DNA of 24,000 nucleotides, from positions 58,015 through 82,014 of the forward strand of contig JAGZXV010000001.1 in NCBI GenBank assembly GCA_018378255.1, given 5' to 3'. Made by a program: the position numbers and the translations under genes. Source of the DNA: Clostridiaceae bacterium (GTDB taxonomy: Bacteria > Bacillota > Clostridia > Lachnospirales > Lachnospiraceae). Under the pieces are notes generated by a model. It had not been told where the DNA came from. It made no database searches and worked only from the letters and a program-made list of their open reading frames with translations. Shown one piece after another: positions 1 to 8,379 of the stretch; the first letter of the stretch is position 1, and each line of letters begins with the position of its first letter.

Positions 1-8
1 GAAGAATC

Positions 9-1463
9 ATGGTAACGAATGACGCAACAATTTTGAAACTGAAGCATGAGGTGCTGTTTGAAGTGGCAAAGATGGCCTGGGAGGGCGAGCTGGAGCAGCA
101 CAGGGACGAGATTCCATATAAGATGATTCCGGGGCCACAGGCTCAGTTCCGCTGCTGCATCTATAAAGAGCGTGAAATTATCCGCCAAAGGGTACGCCTT
201 GCGGAAGGAAAATGTCCAACTAGCGGAAAAGACACCATCAATGTGGTACAGGTAATCAGTTCCGCCTGCGAGGGCTGTCCGATTTCCCGTTACGTTGTAA
301 CCGATAACTGCCAGAAGTGTATGGGAAAAGCATGTCAGAACTCCTGTCATTTCGGCGCTATCTCCATGGGACGGGATCGTGCCTATATCGACCCTGATAA
401 GTGTAAAGAATGCGGAAAATGTTCCCAGGCATGTCCGTATAACGCCATTGCAGACCTGATGAGGCCTTGTAAGAAGAGCTGCCCTGTGGATGCGATCACC
501 ATGGATGAAAACGGCATCGTTGTAATTGACGAGAGCAAATGTATCCAGTGCGGCGCCTGCGTTCACAGCTGTCCGTTCGGAGCCATTGGTTCCAAAACAT
601 TTATGGTGGACGTGATCAATCTGATCCGGGCAGGAAAGAAAGTGGTTGCCATGGTGGCGCCTGCTACGGAAGGCCAGTTTGGGCCTGATATTACCATGGC
701 GAGCTGGAAAACCGCTCTTAAAAAAGTGGGATTTGCCGATATGGTGGAAGTTGCATTAGGCGGTGATATGACTGCTGCTGCGGAAGCGGCCGAATGGGCG
801 GAAGCATATAAAGAAGGCAAGAAGATGACCACATCCTGCTGCCCTGCATTTGTTAATATGATCAAACAGCATTTCCCAATGCTTTTGGACAACATGTCAA
901 CCACAGTATCCCCTATGTGCGGGGTGTCCAGAATGCTGAAAGCCCAGGATCCGGAAGTGATCACCGTATTCATCGGGCCGTGTATGGCAAAGAAGAGCGA
1001 AACCCTTGATTTAAATATCCAGGGTAACGCGGATTATGCCATGACATTTGGCGAAATCCGCGCTATGATGAGGGCTAAAGGGGTTGAACTGGAACCGGAA
1101 GCCAATACATACCAGGAAGGTTCCGTTTTCGGCAAGAGATTCGGCAACTCCGGCGGTGTTACCGCTGCAGTAGTGGAATGCTTCAAGGAGATGAACGAGG
1201 ACATCACACCGGAAGTTATGAAATGCAACGGCGCTGCCGAATGCAAGAAGGCGCTTATGATGCTGAAGGTTGGCAAACTTCCCGCTGATTTTGTGGAAGG
1301 TATGGCCTGTGTGGGCGGCTGTGTAGGCGGCCCGAGCAAACACAAGACAGAAGTGGAAGCCAAGAAGGCGAGAGACCAGCTGATCGGCGCTGCGGATGAC
1401 CGTCTGGTACATCAGAATCTGGACAATTATGAGATGGATAAGTTTTCTATGCATAGACATTAA
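9..1463 (+). CDS. [FeFe] hydrogenase-like protein with N-terminal 4Fe-4S ferredoxin domains
   Basis: 484 aa ORF; ferredoxin-type clusters CKECGKCSQACP and CIQCGACVHSCP; H-cluster-type motifs TTSCCPAF, GPCMAKK and MACVGGCVGG. Confidence 0.9.
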   Translation: MVTNDATILKLKHEVLFEVAKMAWEGELEQHRDEIPYKMIPGPQAQFRCCIYKEREIIRQRVRLAEGKCPTSGKDTINVVQVISSACEGCPISRYVVTDNCQKCMGKACQNSCHFGAISMGRDRAYIDPDKCKECGKCSQACPYNAIADLMRPCKKSCPVDAITMDENGIVVIDESKCIQCGACVHSCPFGAIGSKTFMVDVINLIRAGKKVVAMVAPATEGQFGPDITMASWKTALKKVGFADMVEVALGGDMTAAAEAAEWAEAYKEGKKMTTSCCPAFVNMIKQHFPMLLDNMSTTVSPMCGVSRMLKAQDPEVITVFIGPCMAKKSETLDLNIQGNADYAMTFGEIRAMMRAKGVELEPEANTYQEGSVFGKRFGNSGGVTAAVVECFKEMNEDITPEVMKCNGAAECKKALMMLKVGKLPADFVEGMACVGGCVGGPSKHKTEVEAKKARDQLIGAADDRLVHQNLDNYEMDKFSMHRH

Positions 1464-1483
1464 TCTGTTGTTTTTCTATGCTG

Positions 1484-1513
1484 GGGCTCCGGGAGTTGAT
1501 TCTCCCGGAGCCC
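1484..1513 (+). terminator. Perfect 12-bp stem hairpin downstream of the hydrogenase gene
   Basis: GGGCTCCGGGAG-TTGATT-CTCCCGGAGCCC, followed only by a short T run (ATTTGC). Confidence 0.55.
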
Positions 1514-1610
1514 ATTTGCTATCATAGGATAGGCAGTTATGTTATAATCTGTATAAACGGGGGATGAGAAAACCGCCGGGAGACAAAAACAGTGAAAAGG
1601 AGCGTATAAC

Positions 1611-1991
1611 ATGAGCATGATGGAAATTGAAACAGATACGATATATATCGGATATAAAAGCCTTACTGTATTAAGGAAACTATTGAGCGAGGAGCTGGAG
1701 CGGGAAGGGAAAGAAGCGTTCCTGGGCAGTTATTACACTAAAATCGGTTTTTATACCAAGACGTGGAGATACGCTGAAATAAGATATCTTTTAGCCTTTT
1801 TGGAATATTTAAATCCCCTGTTCCAATATGCAGGGGACATAAATATAGGCAAACCGATTGTAACCGATGAAGACGCATTTGAAAAGATAATGAATGGGGA
1901 TAGTGAGTTATTGGATAAAATCAGAAAGAGCACTCCTTCCGCATTTTTGAAGTATGGGCTGCTGACGGGGAATCCTGAGCTGGCCGGCTGA
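1611..1991 (+). CDS. Small hypothetical protein (126 aa)
   Basis: Complete ORF preceded by AAAAGGAGCG; candidate -10 TATAAT upstream near 1540; no recognised family. Confidence 0.65.
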   Translation: MSMMEIETDTIYIGYKSLTVLRKLLSEELEREGKEAFLGSYYTKIGFYTKTWRYAEIRYLLAFLEYLNPLFQYAGDINIGKPIVTDEDAFEKIMNGDSELLDKIRKSTPSAFLKYGLLTGNPELAG

Positions 1992-2009
1992 GAATCCCCC
2001 TGATCCCCT

Positions 2010-2792
2010 TTATATCTGTTCGGAAGTGACACCCAGATGGATTCCGTATTTTTTGAACGCATCCAGATAATCCACAGAAGGCGTCACATCCGTCAGTATA
2101 TAATTAAAATCCTGCAGCTGCCCGAAGGTGCAGAGAGAGGTTTGATTAAACTTGGTATGATCTGCTAAAAGATAAGCTTCCCCGCTGCTTTTCAGAACCT
2201 CTTTTTTAACCTCATACTCTTCATGAGTGGCATTGGAAACTCCGTTGGTTAAAGAAATGCAGGTACAGGCCATAAAAGATTTCCTGATATTGAATTTTTT
2301 CAGAGATTCAATGCAGCTGGAACCGACTAAGGATGCGGTTTTATGATTTAAAACTCCGGGGAGTACAATCAGGCGCAGCATTGGGTAAGACAGCGCCTTG
2401 TGGGCTACTTCAATGCTGTTGGTTATGATGGTTACATTTTCCTTATCTTCGATGTAATCAATGATATTGATCGTGGTGGTTCCTGTATCGATGAAGATGG
2501 AATCACCGCTGGTGATATAGGACGCCGCAAGTCTGGATATCCTGTCTTTGATCTCGTGGTTTTTAATATTGCGTTCATTATAAGAAATGAGCCCTGCATA
2601 TTCTCCGCTTTTTTTCTCCACTGCGGTTACTCCGCCATAAACTTTCTCAATATTTCCCCGCTTTACCAGTTCGTTAATATCGCGTCTGATTGTATTCTTA
2701 GATATATTGAACTTCTCGCACAGGTCTTCTAAGGTGGCTGTTTTATTTTCTATAATATATTCTTCGATCTGGTCAATTCTTTGTACTCTCAT
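2010..2792 (-). CDS. DeoR-family transcriptional repressor, IolR-like
   Basis: N-terminal HTH (LEDLCEKFNISKNTIRRDINELVKRGNIEKVYGG) and C-terminal DeoR sensor domain (DTGTTT, TNS, ADHTKF). Resembles Bacillus IolR over the HTH from memory. RBS GGAGGAAGCTC before ATG. Confidence 0.88.
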   Translation of the reverse strand: MRVQRIDQIEEYIIENKTATLEDLCEKFNISKNTIRRDINELVKRGNIEKVYGGVTAVEKKSGEYAGLISYNERNIKNHEIKDRISRLAASYITSGDSIFIDTGTTTINIIDYIEDKENVTIITNSIEVAHKALSYPMLRLIVLPGVLNHKTASLVGSSCIESLKKFNIRKSFMACTCISLTNGVSNATHEEYEVKKEVLKSSGEAYLLADHTKFNQTSLCTFGQLQDFNYILTDVTPSVDYLDAFKKYGIHLGVTSEQI

Positions 2793-2934
2793 GAGCTTCC
2801 TCCAACTCTGACTAAAATATTATCTAAAGTATAGCATCTTTTTTATATAAACTGCAATAAATATTTAAAATACAATCAAAAATATATCATTTTTTATTTA
2901 TAATATTGACATTGCATAATTATGTGTTAAGATA

Positions 2935-2978
2935 TAATCATAAATTAACCATAATATAACCAAAAAGTAATTAATTAG
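2935..2978 (+). promoter_or_regulatory. Tandem array of four contiguous 11-mers, putative IolR/DeoR operator overlapping the -10 region
   Basis: TAATCATAAAT|TAACCATAATA|TAACCAAAAAG|TAATTAATTAG; the third unit fits the recalled IolR consensus WRAYCAADARD and the others are near matches. TATAAT at 2933-2938. Confidence 0.7.
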
Positions 2979-2994
2979 AGGAGGTATCAGTGCT

Positions 2995-4158
2995 ATGGCT
3001 TGTCAGTTTATAATGCCGAAACAGGTATTTATGGGAGAAGGCGCGTTGGAAATGAGCCGGACGGCTCTTCGGAATCTGGGAAAAAAAGCGCTTATTGTCA
3101 CGGATCAGGTGATGGTTCAGCTTGGCAATGTGAAGAGGCTTACAGACATTCTGGATGAAATCAATGTAAACTATGCTTTGTATCAGGATATAAATGGTGA
3201 ACCAACAGACCGGATGATAGAGGGGGGATTAGCGGTATATCAAAAAGAAGGATGTGACTGTTTAATCGCAGTCGGCGGAGGAAGCCCCATTGATTCCATG
3301 AAGGCAATCGGAGCGGTTGCGGGCAGCGGAGGAAAGATTTCCGATTACATGGGACGGGAAATTAAAGGCCCTGTTCCGCCTATGGCAGCAGTTCCCACAA
3401 CGGCGGGAACCGGATCGGAGGCGACCCAGTTTACAATCATCACTGATACGGAAAAGGATATTAAGATGTTATTAAAAGGCGGCGTTCTGATGCCGGATAT
3501 GGCAATTGTGGATCCTGTTTTTACGATGACGGCTCCGCCCAAGATCACTGCGGCCACAGGTCTGGACGCCCTGACCCACGCCATAGAAGCGTATACTTCC
3601 AGGAAGGTCAATTCCCTTTCCGATTTATATGCGCTTTCCGCTGTTAAGAGGATATTTAAGAATTTGTCTGTCTGTTTCCACGACGGTAGGAACCAGAATG
3701 CCAGAGAAGAGATGTCACTGGCCGCATTCGAAGCAGGAGTGGCTTTTAACAATTCTTCCGTCACGGTAGTACATGGTATGTCCCGGCCAATCGGGGCTTT
3801 ATTCCACGTTGCCCACGGCATTTCCAACGCTATGCTGCTTAAAGCCTGTCTCAGCTATGTGATGGATGGGGCTTATGACAGGTTTGCAGAGCTTGGCAGG
3901 GCCTGCGGCGCGGCCCAAAGCGGTGATTCCGATCAGGAGGCAGCGGAAAAGTTCCTGACAGAGGTAGTGGCCCTTTGCAGAGAACTGGAGATACCGACGC
4001 TTTCCGGCTATGGAATTGATCAGACAGAATTTGTCCGTCTCATGGATAAAATGGCAGATGATGCTTTGGCTTCCGGAAGCCCCTCTAATACCAGAAAGGT
4101 CTTGGGAAAAGAGGATATCCTTAAGATCTATGCAGCTTTGTGGGAGGAAAATGCCTGA
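2995..4158 (+). CDS. Iron-containing alcohol dehydrogenase
   Basis: 387 aa; GGGSPIDSMKAIG NAD-binding region, GTGSEAT, DALTHAIEAY, VVHGMSRPIGALFHVAHGISNAMLL metal-binding region; RBS GAGGAGG upstream. Confidence 0.93.
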   Translation: MACQFIMPKQVFMGEGALEMSRTALRNLGKKALIVTDQVMVQLGNVKRLTDILDEINVNYALYQDINGEPTDRMIEGGLAVYQKEGCDCLIAVGGGSPIDSMKAIGAVAGSGGKISDYMGREIKGPVPPMAAVPTTAGTGSEATQFTIITDTEKDIKMLLKGGVLMPDMAIVDPVFTMTAPPKITAATGLDALTHAIEAYTSRKVNSLSDLYALSAVKRIFKNLSVCFHDGRNQNAREEMSLAAFEAGVAFNNSSVTVVHGMSRPIGALFHVAHGISNAMLLKACLSYVMDGAYDRFAELGRACGAAQSGDSDQEAAEKFLTEVVALCRELEIPTLSGYGIDQTEFVRLMDKMADDALASGSPSNTRKVLGKEDILKIYAALWEENA

Positions 4159-4204
4159 GGCACCAGGGAAAGAAAACAGCAGCGGCTTTTTGTGAAATGA
4201 ATCA

Positions 4205-4242
4205 GCGGTAAAACAGGAATTGATTATATCCTGTTTTACCGC
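4205..4242 (+). terminator. Rho-independent terminator after the Fe-ADH gene
   Basis: 14-bp perfect stem GCGGTAAAACAGGA / TCCTGTTTTACCGC with 10-nt loop, followed by CTTTTTATTT. Confidence 0.92.
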
Positions 4243-4399
4243 CTTTTTATTTAAGCGGAGAATAAATGGCTGTGGAGCCGCTATGCCCTCAGCGCCGGCT
4301 TTTGCGGCCATTATCTGCTGCCGTATTCCTGTGTCTGGCATTTTTGTACAAAAGAGTAGCAAAAAAACTATAAAAAAATAACAAAAATATAATAAGGTA

Positions 4400-4428
4400 T
4401 TGACAATTAACAATAATAGAACTAATAT
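4400..4428 (+). promoter_or_regulatory. Sigma-A-type promoter of the aldolase-permease-kinase operon
   Basis: TTGACA (4400-4405), 17-bp spacer, TAATAT (4423-4428). Confidence 0.7.
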
Positions 4429-4429
4429 A

Positions 4430-4484
4430 TAATCAAGAATTAACCAAAAGATAATTCAAATATATCCAATAGGTAATCAAAAGT
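4430..4484 (+). promoter_or_regulatory. Tandem array of five contiguous 11-mers, putative IolR-type operator
   Basis: TAATCAAGAAT|TAACCAAAAGA|TAATTCAAATA|TATCCAATAGG|TAATCAAAAGT; three units fit WRAYCAADARD exactly. The array spans from just after the -10 to the RBS. Confidence 0.78.
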
Positions 4485-4496
4485 GAGGTGAAAGAT

Positions 4497-5345
4497 ATGC
4501 TGGTTACGATGAAAGAACTGCTGGAGGAGGCATCCCGGTCCGGTAAAGCAGTGGGCGGCTTCAATGTAGGTAATATGGAGATGGTTGCCGGAGCGGTACA
4601 GGCAGCGGAGAAGACAGAAACTCCGGTTATTCTTCAGATAGCAGAGAAGCGGCTGCAGGCGTCTCCCCTCAATCTCATGGCTCCCATGATGGTTCAGGCG
4701 GCGAAAGACGCTAAGGTGAAAGTTGCGGTCCATTTGGATCACGGGCTGACGTTTGAGGTGATAAAACAGGCGCTGGATTTTGGTTTTTCCTCAGTGATGT
4801 TCGATGGCTCAGAATATTCTTTAGAGGAGAATATCAGGAGAACAAAAGAAGTAAAAGAACTTGCAGCCCGGTATGGAGCGTCTCTTGAAGCGGAATTGGG
4901 AGCTGTAGGGGGGAATGAAGGAAACGGCGATAAGGCTGTCTCTTATACCAATCCCGACGATGCGGAGTTATTTTTCAACGCTGTAGGGATGGACGCCCTG
5001 GCGGTGGCTATAGGCAATGCCCATGGGCATTACACATCCGTTCCGCAGCTGAGGTTTGATGTGCTGGAAGAGATTCATCAGAGAATCCGGGTGCCATTGG
5101 TGCTTCATGGCGGAAGCGGGATTTCATTTGAAGAGTTCCGGAAAACCATAGGGCATGGAATCCGTAAGATCAATATCGCGACTGCCAGCTTTGATGCGAT
5201 GACAGAGGCGGACAGAGAGTATCTGGAAAAGAATCCGGATGGGAATTATTTTGGCTTGTCCTCGTCAGGAATCAGAGGGGTTTATGAAAATGTAATGAAA
5301 CACATTCATGTATTTAACAATGAAAAACCATTAAAGGAATTATAA
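4497..5345 (+). CDS. Class II ketose-bisphosphate aldolase (IolJ/KbaY/GatY-like)
   Basis: GGFNVGNMEM, VHLDHG, SVMFDGS, EAELGAVGG, LHGGSGI, KINIAT motifs. ORF opens at GTG 4488; ATG 4497 after GAGGTG is the more likely start. Confidence 0.9.
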   Translation: MLVTMKELLEEASRSGKAVGGFNVGNMEMVAGAVQAAEKTETPVILQIAEKRLQASPLNLMAPMMVQAAKDAKVKVAVHLDHGLTFEVIKQALDFGFSSVMFDGSEYSLEENIRRTKEVKELAARYGASLEAELGAVGGNEGNGDKAVSYTNPDDAELFFNAVGMDALAVAIGNAHGHYTSVPQLRFDVLEEIHQRIRVPLVLHGGSGISFEEFRKTIGHGIRKINIATASFDAMTEADREYLEKNPDGNYFGLSSSGIRGVYENVMKHIHVFNNEKPLKEL

Positions 5346-5364
5346 AACCAGGAGGAAGAATGAT

Positions 5365-6678
5365 ATGATAGGGGTAATCGGAGTATTTCTTGGATTAGCG
5401 GTGCTTATGTATCTGACCTATAAAGGATGGCATATGGGTTTGGTAACAATCGCTGCGGCATTGGTCGTTATTGTTTGTAATGGCATGGGGATTTGGAATG
5501 GGCTTGCGGAAGCCTATGCTACGGCATTTAAAAACTTCGCGGGAACCTGGTTTTTAATGCTGATTTTAGGCGCTACATTTGGTAAAATTATGGAAGAATC
5601 AGGAGCGGCGGCCTCCATTTCTAATTTTATTGTGGGAAAACTGGGGAAGAAACGGATTGTGCTGATTGTTCTCATCACAACGGCGATTCTGGCATATGGC
5701 GGAATCAGCGTGTTTGTCATCATGTTTACCATGTATCCGTTTTGTATGGCACTGTTTAAAGAGGCCGATATTCCGAAAAAGCTGTTTCCGGCCATGTCAA
5801 TTTGTATGGCAGGAACAACATGTATGACATTTTTCCCGGGGTCTCCATCCGTACCGAACCTGGTGCCTACGGAATATCTGGGAACCACGATCTATGCGGC
5901 TCCGGTCATCGGCATCATCGGCGGATTGTTTGTTTTTGTTCTGGATTATCTGTTCCTGACACACTGCATTAAAAAATGTGCTGAAAAGGGAGAACATTTC
6001 GTTCCGGCAGCAGATGACGTAATTGTGGATATCAATGATAAAAAGATGCTGGCCGGGCTTCCTCCGGTTGGAAAGTCTTTTGCACCGATTCTCGTTTTGG
6101 TTGTGGCGGCTTTTGTATTGATGAAGATATTAAATCCTTCAAACTTTGCGGTAGTTACGGCGATGGCCCTTGCATGCCTGGTTGGAATCGTGCTGTTCCA
6201 TGATAAATTCAATGTTAAAAATGCAATTGCTTCCGGCATGGGCAATGGTTTCAACTCACTTATGGTGACTTCGGCAATCATGGGATTTGGCGGTGTTGTA
6301 ACGGCTTCGCCGGCATTTGAATCCTTTACAAACTGGATTTTAAGCCTGCAGATGAACCCGATTCTGTTCGCCTGCGTAGCGATTAACGTGATTTGTGCGA
6401 TTACAGGATCAGCCTCCGGCGGTATCACGATTTTCTGGAATACATTAGCGGATTACATGATTCAGACTGGGTTAAATGCACAGATTATGCACAGAATTAC
6501 TTGTATTGCATGCTCCGGCCTGGATGCCATGCCTCATTCTTCAGGAATTGTGCTGGCAAACAGCGTTGCCAAAACGGAGATGAAAGACAGCTATATCTAT
6601 ATGTTCGTTACCAATGCGGCGATTCCGTTATGCGGGCTCGTCCTGGCGATTATCCTTTACAGCCTGGGGCTGTGCTGA
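5365..6678 (+). CDS. GntP-family permease (gluconate/organic acid type)
   Basis: 437 aa, multiple hydrophobic segments, GntP-like regions (GATFGKIMEESGAA, MTFFPGSPSVPNLVPTEYLGT, GSASGGITIF, MPHSSG); RBS AGGAGGAA upstream. Confidence 0.85.
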   Translation: MIGVIGVFLGLAVLMYLTYKGWHMGLVTIAAALVVIVCNGMGIWNGLAEAYATAFKNFAGTWFLMLILGATFGKIMEESGAAASISNFIVGKLGKKRIVLIVLITTAILAYGGISVFVIMFTMYPFCMALFKEADIPKKLFPAMSICMAGTTCMTFFPGSPSVPNLVPTEYLGTTIYAAPVIGIIGGLFVFVLDYLFLTHCIKKCAEKGEHFVPAADDVIVDINDKKMLAGLPPVGKSFAPILVLVVAAFVLMKILNPSNFAVVTAMALACLVGIVLFHDKFNVKNAIASGMGNGFNSLMVTSAIMGFGGVVTASPAFESFTNWILSLQMNPILFACVAINVICAITGSASGGITIFWNTLADYMIQTGLNAQIMHRITCIACSGLDAMPHSSGIVLANSVAKTEMKDSYIYMFVTNAAIPLCGLVLAIILYSLGLC

Positions 6679-6752
6679 TGATAGAGCGGCGGCGTAGTGA
6701 CGGCGAAAAACCATTTGTTTTAGATAACAGTATATAAAATGGAGGGAAAGAA

Positions 6753-7787
6753 ATGTCAGATTTAATTAAAGATATCATTACATTTGATGAAACAAGAACT
6801 TATGATATGATCCTTTTGGGGCGTGTTGCAATTGATTTTAATCCGATAGATTATTTCAAAACTCTTGGCGAAAGCCAGAGCTTCAAAAAATACATAGGCG
6901 GATCGCCTGCCAATACAGCAGTGGGCCTGGCCCGGCTCGGTAAGAAATGCGGATTTTTCTCCCGGGTTTCGGACGACCAGTTCGGAGATTTTGCCATTGA
7001 CTATTTTAATAATGAAGGAATCGATACCTCCCACATTTTCCGGTGTGAACATGGGGAAAAGATCGGTTTAACATTTACCGAAATCCTCTCGCCTACGGAA
7101 AGCAGTATTTTAATGTACAGAAACCAGGCGGCGGATCTGTCCTTAGACCCTGTGGATATCGATGAAACCTATATCGCATCGGCAAAAATGCTGTTGATTT
7201 CTGGTACGGCCCTGGCGCAGAGCCCATCCAGGGAAGCCGCGTTAAAAGCGGCGGCTCTTGCAAAGAAGACCAATACTCCAATCGTATTTGACATTGATTA
7301 CCGGCCTTATAACTGGAAGAGCGAGGATGAAATTGCAATTTATTATTCATCTGTAGCCAAGGATGCGGATATTATTATGGGGTCCAGGGAGGAATATGAT
7401 CTGACGGAGAGATTTTTAGGTCTGGACGGTGCGGACCGGACTTCGGCTGATTACTGGACGCAGAAGCAGAATGCAAAAATTGTGGTGATTAAACATGGAA
7501 AAGAAGGTTCCACTGCGTATACACGTGATGGAAAGAGCTATTCAATTAAACCATTCCCGGTTAAAGCATTAAAATCCTTCGGCGGCGGGGACGGATATGC
7601 TGCAAGTTTCCTGTATGGCGTGCTGGAAGGCATGGATATTATGGATGCGCTTGAAATGGGCAGCGCTGAGGCGGCTATGCTGGTGGCCAGCCACGGATGC
7701 TCCGCTGATATGCCTGATGTGGCGCAGGTGAAGGAATTTATACGGAAAGAGAAAGAGGAGTATGGGGAGATGGTAGCCAGGGCGTAA
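6753..7787 (+). CDS. iolC: PfkB-family kinase, 5-dehydro-2-deoxygluconokinase (IolC)-like
   Basis: 344 aa; GGSPANTAVGLARLG, SILMYRNQAADL, FDIDYRPYNW, VVIKHGKEGS, FGGGDGYAASFLYG; strong resemblance to Bacillus IolC from memory. Confidence 0.87.
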   Translation: MSDLIKDIITFDETRTYDMILLGRVAIDFNPIDYFKTLGESQSFKKYIGGSPANTAVGLARLGKKCGFFSRVSDDQFGDFAIDYFNNEGIDTSHIFRCEHGEKIGLTFTEILSPTESSILMYRNQAADLSLDPVDIDETYIASAKMLLISGTALAQSPSREAALKAAALAKKTNTPIVFDIDYRPYNWKSEDEIAIYYSSVAKDADIIMGSREEYDLTERFLGLDGADRTSADYWTQKQNAKIVVIKHGKEGSTAYTRDGKSYSIKPFPVKALKSFGGGDGYAASFLYGVLEGMDIMDALEMGSAEAAMLVASHGCSADMPDVAQVKEFIRKEKEEYGEMVARA

Positions 7788-7810
7788 TTTCTTTTTTTTT
7801 TTACATGAAG

Positions 7811-7840
7811 CGTGAAGGCATTTTTGAAAATGCCTTCACG
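7811..7840 (+). repeat. GTGAAGGC-family short palindrome, copy 1; possible terminator after the IolC-like gene
   Basis: CGTGAAGGCATTTT-TG-AAAATGCCTTCACG followed by TTTTACTTT. Confidence 0.8.
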
Positions 7841-7868
7841 TTTTACTTTAAAAGCCCAGGTCATTAGC

Positions 7869-7912
7869 AGTAAAAGGTGAAGGCATTTCGCGAAATGCCT
7901 TCACCTTTTACT
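7869..7912 (+). repeat. GTGAAGGC-family short palindrome, copy 2; perfect 44-bp palindrome
   Basis: AGTAAAAGGTGAAGGCATTTCG|CGAAATGCCTTCACCTTTTACT with no spacer and no mismatch. Confidence 0.92.
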
Positions 7913-7995
7913 TTAAAAAAATATTTCCCTCCGGTATAGATCCCCTCTTCCGCGTCAATAATCTCACTAACAGAAACAAATAGGAGATGATTAAT

Positions 7996-8379
7996 ATGGA
8001 AAATACCATTTACAGAGGCGACATCTATTACGCAGACTTATCCCCAACCGTAGGTTCCGAACAGGGCGGCGTCCGTCCGGTTCTTATTATACAAAATGAC
8101 ATGGGAAACCGCCACAGCCCCACAGTGATCGTAGCGGCATTAACAAGCAAGAGCACCAAAGCCAAACTCCCCACACACGTAACCCTCCCCAAGATGGCCA
8201 GCGGCCTGCCCTGCGATTCCACCGTTCTCATGGAACAGGTTAGGACGATTGACCAAAAAAGACTTCACGGCTACATAGGACATCTGAACGATCTGTGGAT
8301 GACCCGGATGGACAGGGCTCTTTGCATCAGCATGGGAATTTTGGGGACTGACGCACAGCAGGAGCGGCGCAGGGCCTGA
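7996..8379 (+). CDS. MazF/PemK-like type II toxin (endoribonuclease)
   Basis: RGDIYYADLSPTVGSEQGGVRPVLIIQND...TSK...LPTHV...LMEQVRTIDQKRL is typical of MazF/EndoA. ORF opens at 7987; ATG 7996 fits the RBS TAGGAG better. Confidence 0.92.
   Translation: MENTIYRGDIYYADLSPTVGSEQGGVRPVLIIQNDMGNRHSPTVIVAALTSKSTKAKLPTHVTLPKMASGLPCDSTVLMEQVRTIDQKRLHGYIGHLNDLWMTRMDRALCISMGILGTDAQQERRRA

Noticed and set aside
2874-2884. Extra 11-mer CAATCAAAATA as a further IolR-type operator unit
   Set aside because: Isolated, out of 11-bp register with the 2935-2978 array, and mismatched at two consensus positions in AT-rich DNA.
6393-6737. 114-aa plus-strand ORF overlapping the GntP permease gene
   Set aside because: Out-of-frame shadow ORF within a strongly supported permease CDS.
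2995-7787. Locus as tagatose/galactitol or sulfosugar catabolism
   Set aside because: The aldolase alone could be GatY/KbaY-like, but the IolC-type kinase, IolR-like regulator and IolR-type operators favour iol-type chemistry. No sulfosugar-specific isomerase or exporter is present. Not fully excluded.
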